From the NCBI GenBank assembly GCA_001769505.1, contig MEOF01000046.1, positions 2,197-66,196 of the forward strand: a stretch of 64,000 nt of DNA. Direction: 5' to 3'. Source of the stretch: Bacteroidetes bacterium GWF2_33_38 (GTDB taxonomy: Bacteria; Bacteroidota; Bacteroidia; Bacteroidales; GWF2-33-38). How positions within the stretch are numbered: position 1 is the stretch's first letter; the number at the start of each line of letters is the position of its first letter. Positions 36,282-45,554 of this stretch are shown here, piece after piece. Position numbers and translations under genes: made by a program. Below the pieces are notes generated by a model. It saw only the letters and a list, made by a program, of their open reading frames with translations, made no database searches and was not told the origin of the DNA.

Positions 36282-38372
36282 CTAATAGCTCCCAAAACAC
36301 TTTCTTAAAAACCACTCTATTGAAAGTAAAGCCAACACTAAAAAGAAAAACAATTTTAAATTTATAAAATCTTGAAGTTGTTTTTCGTTATACTCAATCG
36401 ATACAATATTTTCGTCAGATAAAATTCGATTTTTCAGTTTATCGAACTCGTTCACACTAAAAATATCGCCCATATTATTTTTTGCCAAATCGTTTAAAAT
36501 TTTGTGATTTGCAACCGTGTTTTCTGCCTCAATATTTAGGGGGACAATCGAAAATTTTCCTTTTGCAGTAACTGGTTTTTCGCTAATTTTTGTTCTGGCA
36601 ACATAAGAATAATCTCCAGCCGGGAAATTACCAATATTTAAGCGATACGCATTAGTTGTTTTATTAAAATTATACGAATATTTAATACTGTCGGAACTAA
36701 AAATATCAATACCAATTTCCTCAGAATTATTGAGTTCAAAACTTTCGTTATATATTTCAGCCTCAAATATTACAGCTTCGTTTTCCGAAAATATTTTTTT
36801 CACGGTAAGTTGAAAATTATTCTTATTGATTTTTAGGGCTAAGTATTGAGCCATTTTATTTATCAAACGATTAAATAACTCATGGGTATTGTATTCTTTA
36901 TAGCTAAAAATCTCCCAACGCCAAATACCTTCTCCTAGAATGAAACCAATTTTATTGTTCATATACGAATCAAATAGAATCAACGGTTTTTCGGTTTGAA
37001 CTCCCTTCACTTTTTGCTTACACAAAACCGACGAAGTATTTGAAAATTTATAATCGCCGTAAGGGGCTAACAAAGGCGATGCTTTTTCGATAAATTCTTT
37101 CAAATCGGAATCAATGTCGAAGTATGTAAATTTATCATCAACATAGGCTTGACTTTCGTCAAAATTAGTTTTTACTTGACCTATCGAAAATCCTGTTTTT
37201 AAATTATTTAATGCGGCAAACGACGACTGACCGCCAAGTACGAATAAAACAGGAATCTTTTTAGCAAGAATATCTGATAAAATGGTTGTTGCTGCATTTG
37301 TTAGCGATGGAATTTGATGAAGAATAATCAAATTGTAATCTGAAATGTTTTTATCGAACTTACTTAGACTATAAATTTCGGTTTCGAGATTCAAGTTTAC
37401 ACTCAAAGCGTTTTTTATGGCTCCAATATCAGGATGCGGAGAGTTAAAGAGTACTAATACCTTTTGTCGATTATCTATAACATCAATGACTATTTCTCGC
37501 TTATTATTAACCAAATTTGTTTCTTGCTTATCGGCATCAACTTTTATATAATAATGCTGTAGCCCTATTTTTTCGGCTTCTAATTCCAACGATATTTTCT
37601 CAAATGCATCGTCTGATTTAAAATTTATTTTTTTTGAAAAAAGTTCATGATTTGAATCGTAAACATGAACGTTTGTTTCGGTATTTTTTAATTCGCGGGC
37701 ATGCACAACGATTTGCAATGGGAATTTATTTCCCAAAAATGCAATATTATTGTACATAACTTCTTTAATCATTATATCTCGTTGCGAAGATGTATCGCCA
37801 AGTGCTAGGATATATAAAGGATAATTTATATTGTTTGTTGAGTACTGTGGATTTACACCTTCGTTATACAATCCATCGCTAGCAATTACCAATGCTCCAA
37901 TATTTCTGTTTGAATATCGACTTTCGATTTCTGAAAATAATGCAGAATAATTTGTTCGTTTATCGGTAAACGAAAAATCAATTGAATCGGATATTGTTGC
38001 TCCAAAACCAATCGAAACTACATCGTATTTTTGAGCCAACTCATTTTTTAATTTCTCAAATCCAATTCTATATTCAGTTTTATAAAATGACGAATCTTTT
38101 GAGTGTAAAATCGATTCTGAATTGTCTTGAGCCAATATAATCAATGGCTTTTCAATAAATTTATTGTTTGTTTTAATTAAAGGCGAGAGTAGAAAAAAAC
38201 TAATCAAAAATACAGCAGAAAATCGTAATAAAAACATAAGTCTGATTTTCCACGAAGAAATATCTTTAAATTTATCATCGTTGCGATAAAACAAAAATGC
38301 ATACAAGAAAGCAACCGCTAAGCAAATCAAAGCGAACCAAAGCGAATATTCAGTATCTAATGTAAATCCCAT
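36282..38372 (-). CDS. Membrane-anchored VWA-domain protein
   Basis: I place the start at ATG 38372 (MGFTLD...). It has two N-terminal TM helices, a MIDAS-like motif DNSES in ILAQDNSESI, and a C-terminal TM helix. Confidence 0.65.
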   Translation of the reverse strand: MGFTLDTEYSLWFALICLAVAFLYAFLFYRNDDKFKDISSWKIRLMFLLRFSAVFLISFFLLSPLIKTNNKFIEKPLIILAQDNSESILHSKDSSFYKTEYRIGFEKLKNELAQKYDVVSIGFGATISDSIDFSFTDKRTNYSALFSEIESRYSNRNIGALVIASDGLYNEGVNPQYSTNNINYPLYILALGDTSSQRDIMIKEVMYNNIAFLGNKFPLQIVVHARELKNTETNVHVYDSNHELFSKKINFKSDDAFEKISLELEAEKIGLQHYYIKVDADKQETNLVNNKREIVIDVIDNRQKVLVLFNSPHPDIGAIKNALSVNLNLETEIYSLSKFDKNISDYNLIILHQIPSLTNAATTILSDILAKKIPVLFVLGGQSSFAALNNLKTGFSIGQVKTNFDESQAYVDDKFTYFDIDSDLKEFIEKASPLLAPYGDYKFSNTSSVLCKQKVKGVQTEKPLILFDSYMNNKIGFILGEGIWRWEIFSYKEYNTHELFNRLINKMAQYLALKINKNNFQLTVKKIFSENEAVIFEAEIYNESFELNNSEEIGIDIFSSDSIKYSYNFNKTTNAYRLNIGNFPAGDYSYVARTKISEKPVTAKGKFSIVPLNIEAENTVANHKILNDLAKNNMGDIFSVNEFDKLKNRILSDENIVSIEYNEKQLQDFINLKLFFFLVLALLSIEWFLRKCFGSY

Positions 38373-38429
38373 AGTTTTAACAAAAAAAACCACCGATTAA
38401 GGTGGTTTCATAAATCGTAATATTCTATC

Positions 38430-39176
38430 TTATGTTTGCATAGCACCACAAACATGAATCGTTTGTCCAGTAACATACGACGATAAATCGGAAGCTAAGA
38501 AAATAACAACTCCAGCAACTTCTTCTGGTGTTCCTCCTCGTTTCATAGGAATTTTATCGTACCAACTTTTTTTCACATCTTCGGGTAGTTGAGCTGTCAT
38601 ATCGGTAATAATAAAACCCGGTGCAATTGCATTACAACGAATATTTCTTACACCAAGTTCTTTGGCTACCGATTTTGAAAAACCTATCATTCCGGCTTTC
38701 GATGCTGCATAATTTACTTGACCTGCATTTCCGCCAACCCCTACTACTGAACTAATATTAATAATTGAACCGCTTCGTTGCGACAACATTGTTTTTTGAA
38801 CAGCTTTTGTCATGTTAAAAACCGATTTCAAATTAACATTGATTACAGCGTCCCATTGTTCTTCGGTCATTCTCATTAAAAGATTATCGCGTGTGATACC
38901 TGCATTATTGACAAGAGCATCGACTCGTCCAAAATCCTCAACAATTTTTGTAACAGTTTCGTTGCTACTTTCAAAATTACTTGCATTTGAAGCATAACCT
39001 TTTGCCTTCACCCCCATTTTTGTCAACTCGGCTTCGAGGCTTTTCATGTTATCGTCATAATTTAAATCAGTAAATGCAACATTTGCTCCAGCCTCAGCAC
39101 ATTTAATAGCAATGGCTCTTCCAATACCCCGAGCAGCACCGGTAATCACAACTGTTTTTTGATCTAATAACTTCAT
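38430..39176 (-). CDS. fabG: 3-oxoacyl-[acyl-carrier-protein] reductase
   Basis: I place the start at ATG 39176 (MKLLDQKTVVITGAARGIGRAIA). It has the SDR catalytic YAASKAG motif and is about 248 aa. Confidence 0.92.
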   Translation of the reverse strand: MKLLDQKTVVITGAARGIGRAIAIKCAEAGANVAFTDLNYDDNMKSLEAELTKMGVKAKGYASNASNFESSNETVTKIVEDFGRVDALVNNAGITRDNLLMRMTEEQWDAVINVNLKSVFNMTKAVQKTMLSQRSGSIINISSVVGVGGNAGQVNYAASKAGMIGFSKSVAKELGVRNIRCNAIAPGFIITDMTAQLPEDVKKSWYDKIPMKRGGTPEEVAGVVIFLASDLSSYVTGQTIHVCGAMQT

Positions 39177-39297
39177 TATTCTTATATGTATTTGTTTATT
39201 ACTACAAAACAAAAATAAAACAAAAGTTTCCAAACTAAACATTATTTTGTAATTTTATTATTCAAAAGAACTTAACAATATATCTAATTTATTGAAT

Positions 39298-39981
39298 ATG
39301 AAAAGTATAATCGTTTTAATGTCTGTTTTGTCAAGCGTAGCTAGTTTTTCGCAAAATGTGAATTTAGGTGCAAAATATGCAGTAAACTCGACTTGGTTAC
39401 TCAATAAACAAGTTGGCGAAGATAATAACCAAAGTTACACAATGACTTTTGGACACGATTTTGGTGGAATTGTTCATGTTAAATTGGCCGAGCAATTTGG
39501 AATCAAGAGTGAGGTTCTCGCCAATACTACTATTCAAAAATACTCCGGAGAATTATCAGGAATCGATTATAAATCGGTTATTGAATTAAAAACGCTTGAC
39601 GTTCCTATCATGCTTACTGTTGGAAATAAATTTTATTTCGAGGCAGGTTTTGTATTTTCTTTTATAAATAAAGCTGAATATGAATTGTCAGCATCGAATT
39701 TTTCGTCGTACGAAAATGTTAAAGAAAATTTCGAAGAAACCAATAATGCGATTGCAATTGGCTTAGTTAAGTCTTTTGAATTTGGCGATGGGTTTCATTT
39801 TCTTATGGGACTAAGAGCCACCAAAGGAGTGAAAGACATTAAAGGAATAAACTCAATGGGTTATACCAAAGAAGAACTTGAAAACTTGGAGCTTACTGAT
39901 TATATTGACTTCGGAGCTGACGAATTCAAAACAAGTTCGCTGACTGTTGGTTTATATGTAGGTTTAACTCTAGCTTTATAA
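39298..39981 (+). CDS. Outer-membrane beta-barrel (porin-family) protein
   Basis: ATG at 39298 follows the track TTG at 39292. Signal peptide ending FSQ, an alternating hydrophobic beta-strand pattern, and the C-terminus GLYVGLTLAL. Confidence 0.55.
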   Translation: MKSIIVLMSVLSSVASFSQNVNLGAKYAVNSTWLLNKQVGEDNNQSYTMTFGHDFGGIVHVKLAEQFGIKSEVLANTTIQKYSGELSGIDYKSVIELKTLDVPIMLTVGNKFYFEAGFVFSFINKAEYELSASNFSSYENVKENFEETNNAIAIGLVKSFEFGDGFHFLMGLRATKGVKDIKGINSMGYTKEELENLELTDYIDFGADEFKTSSLTVGLYVGLTLAL

Positions 39982-40662
39982 AACGCCATTCGATTTAAGC
40001 ACATTCAATATTTTCGAAAATATTTCATCGGGCTCTAGCATCTTATCTTTTCCGTTGCTACAATCAATTTTTTTCATTGAACTATCGGTTTGCGAGTATT
40101 TTAAATAAATATTTCGAACTCGTTCCTGAAAATTCAAATCTTCTTCATGAATATCTCTTTTCCCATCGAGGTAATTTCTATCCACACCTTGGCGTTCGCT
40201 GGTTAAATTTTTACGGGTAAATTCAAACGGAACATCTAAAAATATACTTAAATCGGGTTTTGGAATTTTATAAAAATCATATTCTGTTTTCAAAATCCAT
40301 GATGCCAATTCGTGTTGTTTTGTTTCCTGCTGAACTTTAGCACACTGAAATGCAATATTCGAATAAACATATCTATCGACTAAAACCAAATAATCGTTCT
40401 TTAACCACTCTAAAATTTCATTTTTGGCGTTATCTCTATCTCCTGCATAAATCAGAGCAACTAAATAGGGATTAACCGAATTTAATTCACCTAAATCGCC
40501 ACGCAAAAACATCGAAACCAACTCACCATAAACAGGACTTTCGGTTCTCGGAAAATGCAAATACTTATATTTTATATTGTTTACTTCCAGATAATTCAAC
40601 ATGTTTTTAACCTGAGTCGATTTTCCCGAACCATCTAAACCTTCGATAACTACAAATTTCAT
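39976..40662 (-). CDS. tmk: Thymidylate kinase
   Basis: P-loop IEGLDGSGKSTQ and a DRY-type motif (LVDRYVYSN); 228 aa. Confidence 0.88.
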   Translation of the reverse strand: MKFVVIEGLDGSGKSTQVKNMLNYLEVNNIKYKYLHFPRTESPVYGELVSMFLRGDLGELNSVNPYLVALIYAGDRDNAKNEILEWLKNDYLVLVDRYVYSNIAFQCAKVQQETKQHELASWILKTEYDFYKIPKPDLSIFLDVPFEFTRKNLTSERQGVDRNYLDGKRDIHEEDLNFQERVRNIYLKYSQTDSSMKKIDCSNGKDKMLEPDEIFSKILNVLKSNGVL

Positions 40663-40762
40663 TTATAATATATTTTAATAAACTTGCTTTGGCAAATTTA
40701 CAATTATTTATGGCAAAATAATAAACCGATTTTTCTTTATTATTTAATTCGTAAAGTATTTT

Positions 40763-40770
40763 TACATTTG
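40763..40770 (+). promoter_or_regulatory. Bacteroidota -7 promoter motif candidate (TACATTTG)
   Basis: It matches the TAnnTTTG consensus of Bacteroidota sigma-A promoters. It lies about 140 nt upstream of the small membrane ORF, implying a long leader or a separate small transcript. Confidence 0.35.
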
Positions 40771-40912
40771 TACAATGCAAGATTACAAATCAATACAAAA
40801 ATATAATGTTTGACTGTATATTTTCAGTCAGGTGAAAACAGATGAAGGAGGCAAAGGTTGTTGAATTAAGCCCTTTTAATTGTGCAAATAACAATTATTG
40901 AAAATAATATTT

Positions 40913-41287
40913 ATGAGATATATTGACATATTATTTAAGTATATGTTTTATAGAGTTGCTAAAGCATATATGAAATTTGATGGTAAAAATGCGATTACAG
41001 CTGTTATTTCTGTTACTTTATTTGAGATAATGTCTTTAATGTCTTTAGTTTTGTTCTTTGAAAATATTTTATTGAATACAGCTTTAGGAGAACATGCTAC
41101 TAAGATACCAATTTGGATACTTATTCCTTTTGCCATAGGAATATTAATATTTAATTATTTAAAATTTAAAAATAAATATGATGAGTATGACAAAAAATGG
41201 GGAAATGAATATAAAAGAATAAAAAGAGTAAAAGGAGTATTTGTTGTTATATTATTAGTAGCTCCTTTATATTATATATCTATTTAA
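40913..41287 (+). CDS. Small membrane protein, unknown function
   Basis: The track ORF is 40898..41287 (TTG); the first ATG is at 40913. Three hydrophobic helices and a Lys-rich loop. Confidence 0.5.
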   Translation: MRYIDILFKYMFYRVAKAYMKFDGKNAITAVISVTLFEIMSLMSLVLFFENILLNTALGEHATKIPIWILIPFAIGILIFNYLKFKNKYDEYDKKWGNEYKRIKRVKGVFVVILLVAPLYYISI

Positions 41288-41408
41288 TAGAAACGAGGGC
41301 GGAAGGGGTTTAATGCTGCTTTAACAGTAACTAGTGCTTTTATGATATGCATTTAAATAAATTTAATTAAAATGAAAAAAATTAGTTTATTTTTTGAATA
41401 TCTGCCTT

Positions 41409-41430
41409 TGTCAGGTGTTTTCACCTGACA
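41409..41430. promoter_or_regulatory. Perfect palindrome/hairpin tgtcaggtg-tttt-cacctgaca, 15 nt upstream of the tilS ATG
   Basis: 9-bp stem read directly. It is not followed by a T-run, so it is not a canonical terminator. Related copies occur at 40827-40840 and 48067-48088. Confidence 0.45.
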
Positions 41431-41445
41431 ACAAAAAAATAAAAA

Positions 41446-42771
41446 ATGATTAACAAATTAAAACAACATATAACCCAAAATCAACTTTTCGCCGAAAAAG
41501 ACAAGATCCTTTTAACCGTCAGTGGGGGAATTGATTCGGTTGCTATGGCACATTTGTTTTATGTTTCTAACTATAATTTTGCCATTGCTCATTGCAATTT
41601 TCAACTTCGTGGCAAAGATGCTGACAAAGACCAACAATTTGTTGAATTGCTTGCAAAACAATACAAAGTCGAATTTTTCACCATAAACTTCGACACAAAA
41701 CAGTATGCCGAAGAAAAAGGAATTTCCATTCAAATGGCAGCCCGTGAGTTGCGATATGCATGGTTTGAGGAAATTCGCACAAAACACCATTTCGATTACA
41801 TTGCCACCGCTCACCACAGCGACGATGTAGTAGAAACCATGCTCATAAACCTATCGCGAGGTACTGGAATCAAAGGACTTACGGGCATTAAAGCAAAAAA
41901 TAATAAAATAATCCGCCCCTTACTTTTCTCCAATAGAAATGAAATTAAAGAATATCTTGATTCAACCAACTTAGCATTTCGAGAAGATGCAAGTAATAAT
42001 GAAATTTATTATTCGCGAAATTTTATTCGCAAGCAAATTATTCCTGAATTAGAAAAATTTTATCCTGCATTAAAAAGCAATATTTTAAAAACTTCGAAAC
42101 ATTTAAAACAAGCTGATGATATTCTGAAAAAGGAAGTCGAAAGAGTCAAAAAGCAAATCTTACGATTTGAAAATAATTTGCATAAAATTGACATATCGCA
42201 ACTAGCTAAAATACCTAATTTGGAATTTTATCTTTACGAAATTTTAAGTGAATTCGGATTTAACTCTTCAACCTGCGAAGACATTTTAAATTCACTTAAT
42301 TCTATATCGGGCAAAATTTTCTACTCGCCAGATTATCAATTGCTAAGAGATAGAGAATATTTGTTAATCTCAAGGATTAATAGTTTATTCGCTGACTCAA
42401 TTGCCATTCCTGATAATTCAAAAAAAATCATAACTCCGATTCATTTAACATTCGAAAAAATCAACTATCAAGATGTTAAAATATTAAAGTCAAAAAATAT
42501 TGCATATTTAGATTATAATAAATTGCACTTGCCATTAGTGCTAAGAAAGTGGAAAAATGCTGACTATTTTTACCCACTTGGTATGACACAAAAGAAAAAA
42601 TTAAGCGATTTTTTTATTAATAATAAGTTATCGATATTTGAAAAAGAAAATACTTGGCTTCTGTGTTCCGAAAATGAAATTGTGTGGATTGTAAATCAAC
42701 GAATCGATAATAGATATAAAATTACAGATAAAACTACAGATGTCCTAAAAATTACATTCGTCGAAAAATGA
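41446..42771 (+). CDS. tilS: tRNA(Ile)-lysidine synthetase
   Basis: PP-loop motif LLTVSGGIDSVAM and AHHSDDVVET; 441 aa. Confidence 0.92.
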   Translation: MINKLKQHITQNQLFAEKDKILLTVSGGIDSVAMAHLFYVSNYNFAIAHCNFQLRGKDADKDQQFVELLAKQYKVEFFTINFDTKQYAEEKGISIQMAARELRYAWFEEIRTKHHFDYIATAHHSDDVVETMLINLSRGTGIKGLTGIKAKNNKIIRPLLFSNRNEIKEYLDSTNLAFREDASNNEIYYSRNFIRKQIIPELEKFYPALKSNILKTSKHLKQADDILKKEVERVKKQILRFENNLHKIDISQLAKIPNLEFYLYEILSEFGFNSSTCEDILNSLNSISGKIFYSPDYQLLRDREYLLISRINSLFADSIAIPDNSKKIITPIHLTFEKINYQDVKILKSKNIAYLDYNKLHLPLVLRKWKNADYFYPLGMTQKKKLSDFFINNKLSIFEKENTWLLCSENEIVWIVNQRIDNRYKITDKTTDVLKITFVEK

Positions 42772-45107
42772 AATATTTTTTAATCATATCAGTCACTTTT
42801 TTATCATTTTTTGCAAATGCAAATATCGACTCGTTATTTATTCAATTGAGCAAAGCAAAAAACGATAGTCTTAAAGCAAAACTAAATATCGAAATTGGAA
42901 CAGAACTAAAATATACTGTGCCCGATTCGGCTTCGCTGTATTTTGAAGAAGCTCTAAAAATTGCAAAACGTATAAAAAACAAAAAACTTGAAGCAAAGTC
43001 GAATCAAAATATTGGTGCATGCTTATATTACTTAGGAAGTAACGAAGAATCGTTAGAATATATGTTCAAAGCAATAAAAATTTACAAAAATTTAAACGAT
43101 AGTTTAGGCATTGCCGAATCGTACAACAGTATTGGCTCAGCTTATGATTTTATGGGAGAATATGAAAAAGGTTTAGATTATTTTATAAAGGCTCTTGAAA
43201 TACACGAAAAATTAAAAAATAGAAAAGGTATTTCGACTTGTTTAAATAATATTGGAATGATAAACGATAATCAAGGAAATCACGAAAAAGCTCTTGAATA
43301 TTATAAAAAATCTCTAGCTATTGATATCGAACTAAACGACAAAGAGGGAATCTCTTCTTGTTACAATAATCTTGGGGTAGTTTATCGAAAAATGAGAAAT
43401 TACGATTTATCAATTGAATACTATTTAAAATCGTTGAAAATTGATATAGCAATGAACGATATATACGGAGTTTCATACTCATATAATAATTTAGGCAATA
43501 TTAATTTAGAACTTGAAAATTATGATGTTGCACTTGATTACTATTTAAAATCGCTTCAAATTAAAGAGGAAATTGGCAATAAAAATGGAATTGCAGCTGT
43601 GCTTGGTAATCTTGCTTCATTATACACAATACTGGGAGACTCTGCATATAACAACAGAACCCAACAGATTACATATTTTAACAAAGCCATAGAATATGGA
43701 CTTCGAGGGATGAAAATAGCCGATGAAATTGAAGCAATTCCTTGGAAAAATGATTTAGCTTATCATTTACAGGAATCTTATAAAGGACTTGGAAACAATG
43801 CCGAAGCTTTATATTATGCCGAAATTTATATCGAAACTCAAGAACTCATGTTCAACGACGAAAAGACAAATGCATTGGCAGAAATGGAAGGTAAATATCA
43901 AAACGAAAAAAAACAACTCGAAATTGAAAAACTCGAAAACCATAAAGCTCTTCAAGATGAAATTATAGCACGAAAAGAAAACCAAATACTATTTTTTACA
44001 GTCGGTTTTATCCTTGTTTTAATATTTTCAATTTTGATATTCCGATTGTTTGTTCAAAAAAAGAAGGCTAATAAATTGCTCGCTTTTCAAAACGAGGAAA
44101 TTCTTCAAAAAAATGAAGAAATTAATACACAAAAGGAAGAAATTGAAAGTCAACGCGATTTGGTTATTCAACAAAAAGAACTCATTGAAGAAATTCATAA
44201 ATCAGTAACCGATAGTATTACCTACGCCAAACGCATACAGCAAGCTTTATTGCCAGAGTTAGCAACTTCCGATAAAGGTTCTAAAATATGGGGCGAAATA
44301 GACGAAGTCTTTATATTCTATCGACCTAAAGATATTGTTTCGGGAGATTTTTATTGGGCTACCAAAATCGACCAATGGTTGATTATATCAGTAGCAGACT
44401 GCACAGGACACGGTGTACCTGGTGCTTTTATGAGTATGCTGGGTATTAGCTTTTTAAATGAAATTATACGAAAAAAAGAAATTACTCAGGCGAATCAGGT
44501 TTTAAATCATTTGCGAAAATCGATTATCGATGCATTACAGCAAAAAGGAATAACCGGCGAGCAAGACGACGGAATGGATATAAGCCTCGTGGTAATTAAC
44601 ATGAAAACCTTCAAGGTTTCAGAAACCTTGAAGGTTTTATCCCCTTCGGAAAGTTATGTTACATATAACGCTCAATTTGCAGGAGCAAACAACCCACTTT
44701 ACATAGTTAAAAGTGAAAAGTTAAAAGTTAAAAATGAAGAAAATACTAAACTTGATGAACTTTCAACTTTTAACTTTCAACTTGACGAAGTCAAAGGCGA
44801 CAATATGCCGATTTCAATTTATAATCGTATGGACGATTTCACCAATCATGAATTTACTCTGGAAACAGGGGATATGATTTATTTATTTAGCGATGGATAT
44901 GCCGATCAATTTGGAGGAAAAAATGATAAGAAATATTCATATAAACGATTTAAACAATTATTACTTACAAATTGTCAATTACCAATGTCGGAACAGAAAA
45001 ATGTGATTGAAGCTGAATTTGATAATTGGAAAAATAAAAATGAGCAAATCGACGATGTTACCGTGCTTGGTTTAAAAATTGAAAATAAATCGAAAAAATC
45101 AAACTAA
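42768..45107 (+). CDS. TPR-repeat sensor protein with one TM helix and a C-terminal PP2C/SpoIIE-type phosphatase domain
   Basis: N-terminal signal, about 8 TPR units, a TM segment (ILFFTVGFILVLIFSILIF), a coiled coil, then the SpoIIE-like motifs SGDFYW, ADCTGHGVPGAFMSMLG, DGMDISL, FSDGYADQFGG and IDDVTVLG. It overlaps tilS by ATGA. Confidence 0.85.
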   Translation: MKYFLIISVTFLSFFANANIDSLFIQLSKAKNDSLKAKLNIEIGTELKYTVPDSASLYFEEALKIAKRIKNKKLEAKSNQNIGACLYYLGSNEESLEYMFKAIKIYKNLNDSLGIAESYNSIGSAYDFMGEYEKGLDYFIKALEIHEKLKNRKGISTCLNNIGMINDNQGNHEKALEYYKKSLAIDIELNDKEGISSCYNNLGVVYRKMRNYDLSIEYYLKSLKIDIAMNDIYGVSYSYNNLGNINLELENYDVALDYYLKSLQIKEEIGNKNGIAAVLGNLASLYTILGDSAYNNRTQQITYFNKAIEYGLRGMKIADEIEAIPWKNDLAYHLQESYKGLGNNAEALYYAEIYIETQELMFNDEKTNALAEMEGKYQNEKKQLEIEKLENHKALQDEIIARKENQILFFTVGFILVLIFSILIFRLFVQKKKANKLLAFQNEEILQKNEEINTQKEEIESQRDLVIQQKELIEEIHKSVTDSITYAKRIQQALLPELATSDKGSKIWGEIDEVFIFYRPKDIVSGDFYWATKIDQWLIISVADCTGHGVPGAFMSMLGISFLNEIIRKKEITQANQVLNHLRKSIIDALQQKGITGEQDDGMDISLVVINMKTFKVSETLKVLSPSESYVTYNAQFAGANNPLYIVKSEKLKVKNEENTKLDELSTFNFQLDEVKGDNMPISIYNRMDDFTNHEFTLETGDMIYLFSDGYADQFGGKNDKKYSYKRFKQLLLTNCQLPMSEQKNVIEAEFDNWKNKNEQIDDVTVLGLKIENKSKKSN
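44604..44638. repeat. Perfect 16-bp-stem, 3-nt-loop palindrome inside the PP2C coding sequence
   Basis: The sequence is aaaaccttcaaggttt cag aaaccttgaaggtttt. It is read in frame as KTFKVSETLKVL. Confidence 0.9.
44711..44783. repeat. Imperfect inverted repeat of AAAGTT-type units inside the PP2C coding sequence
   Basis: The arms 44711-44733 and 44761-44783 match at 20 of 23 positions as reverse complements. Positions 44755-44773 (atgaactttcaacttttaa) are identical to intergenic 10142-10160. Confidence 0.65.
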
Positions 45108-45113
45108 GATTTT

Positions 45114-45121
45114 TACTTTTG
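45114..45121 (+). promoter_or_regulatory. Bacteroidota -7 promoter motif candidate (TACTTTTG)
   Basis: A TAnnTTTG match ending 25 nt upstream of the ATG at 45146. Confidence 0.4.
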
Positions 45122-45145
45122 TACAAAAAAACAACAAATACAATC

Positions 45146-45529
45146 ATGAAAAAACTTATTCTTACAGGTCTTGTAATCGTGCTAACTTTAGCAGCTTTTT
45201 CACAAGAAAATTACAATGTAAATATGGAAATCAAAACAGAATCGGCTCGTTACCCTTCAGGCGATTTAGAGTTGCACAAATATTTATTTCAGAATATTAA
45301 ATACACCCACGAAGCTATTGAAGCCAAAGTGAAAGGTCAATTAATGATAAGTGTTGACGTTGAACCAGATAGTACGGTTTCAAACATTACTTTTTTTAAT
45401 TCTATTGGCTATGGAATCGACGAACAAGTTAAAGCTCTCATTATGCCTTTAAAATTTGCTCCAAAAATAATGAACGGGAGAGTTTTCAAAGGAGACGTAA
45501 TGTACAATATCGTAATTCAAGCTCATTAA
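45146..45529 (+). CDS. Secreted TonB-C-terminal-like domain protein
   Basis: ATG at 45146 (MKKLILTGLVIVLTLAAFSQ). A GDLELHKYL...EAKVKG.L...V..D..G.V.N motif layout resembles TonB C-terminal domains. Confidence 0.5.
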   Translation: MKKLILTGLVIVLTLAAFSQENYNVNMEIKTESARYPSGDLELHKYLFQNIKYTHEAIEAKVKGQLMISVDVEPDSTVSNITFFNSIGYGIDEQVKALIMPLKFAPKIMNGRVFKGDVMYNIVIQAH

Positions 45530-45554
45530 TAACTTGACGAATAAGTCCAAATAA

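Noticed and set aside
41372-41428. 18-codon uORF (MKKISLFFEYLPLSGVFT) ending inside the palindrome upstream of tilS
   Set aside because: It is too short to support as a gene from sequence alone. I mention it only as context for the palindrome finding.
40663-41445. oriC in the tmk-tilS spacer
   Set aside because: I found no DnaA-box-like 9-mers (TTATCCACA or close variants) by eye. I kept only the strand-switch observation, at low interest.
45079-45300. Small ORFs bridging gene junctions (45079-45300, 52382-52624, 50177-50440, 23917-24189)
   Set aside because: They overlap better-supported CDS in other frames or run through repeat-rich spacers. For example, the SYELQVMSNEQ tail comes from the GAGTTAC repeat. 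They have no independent support.
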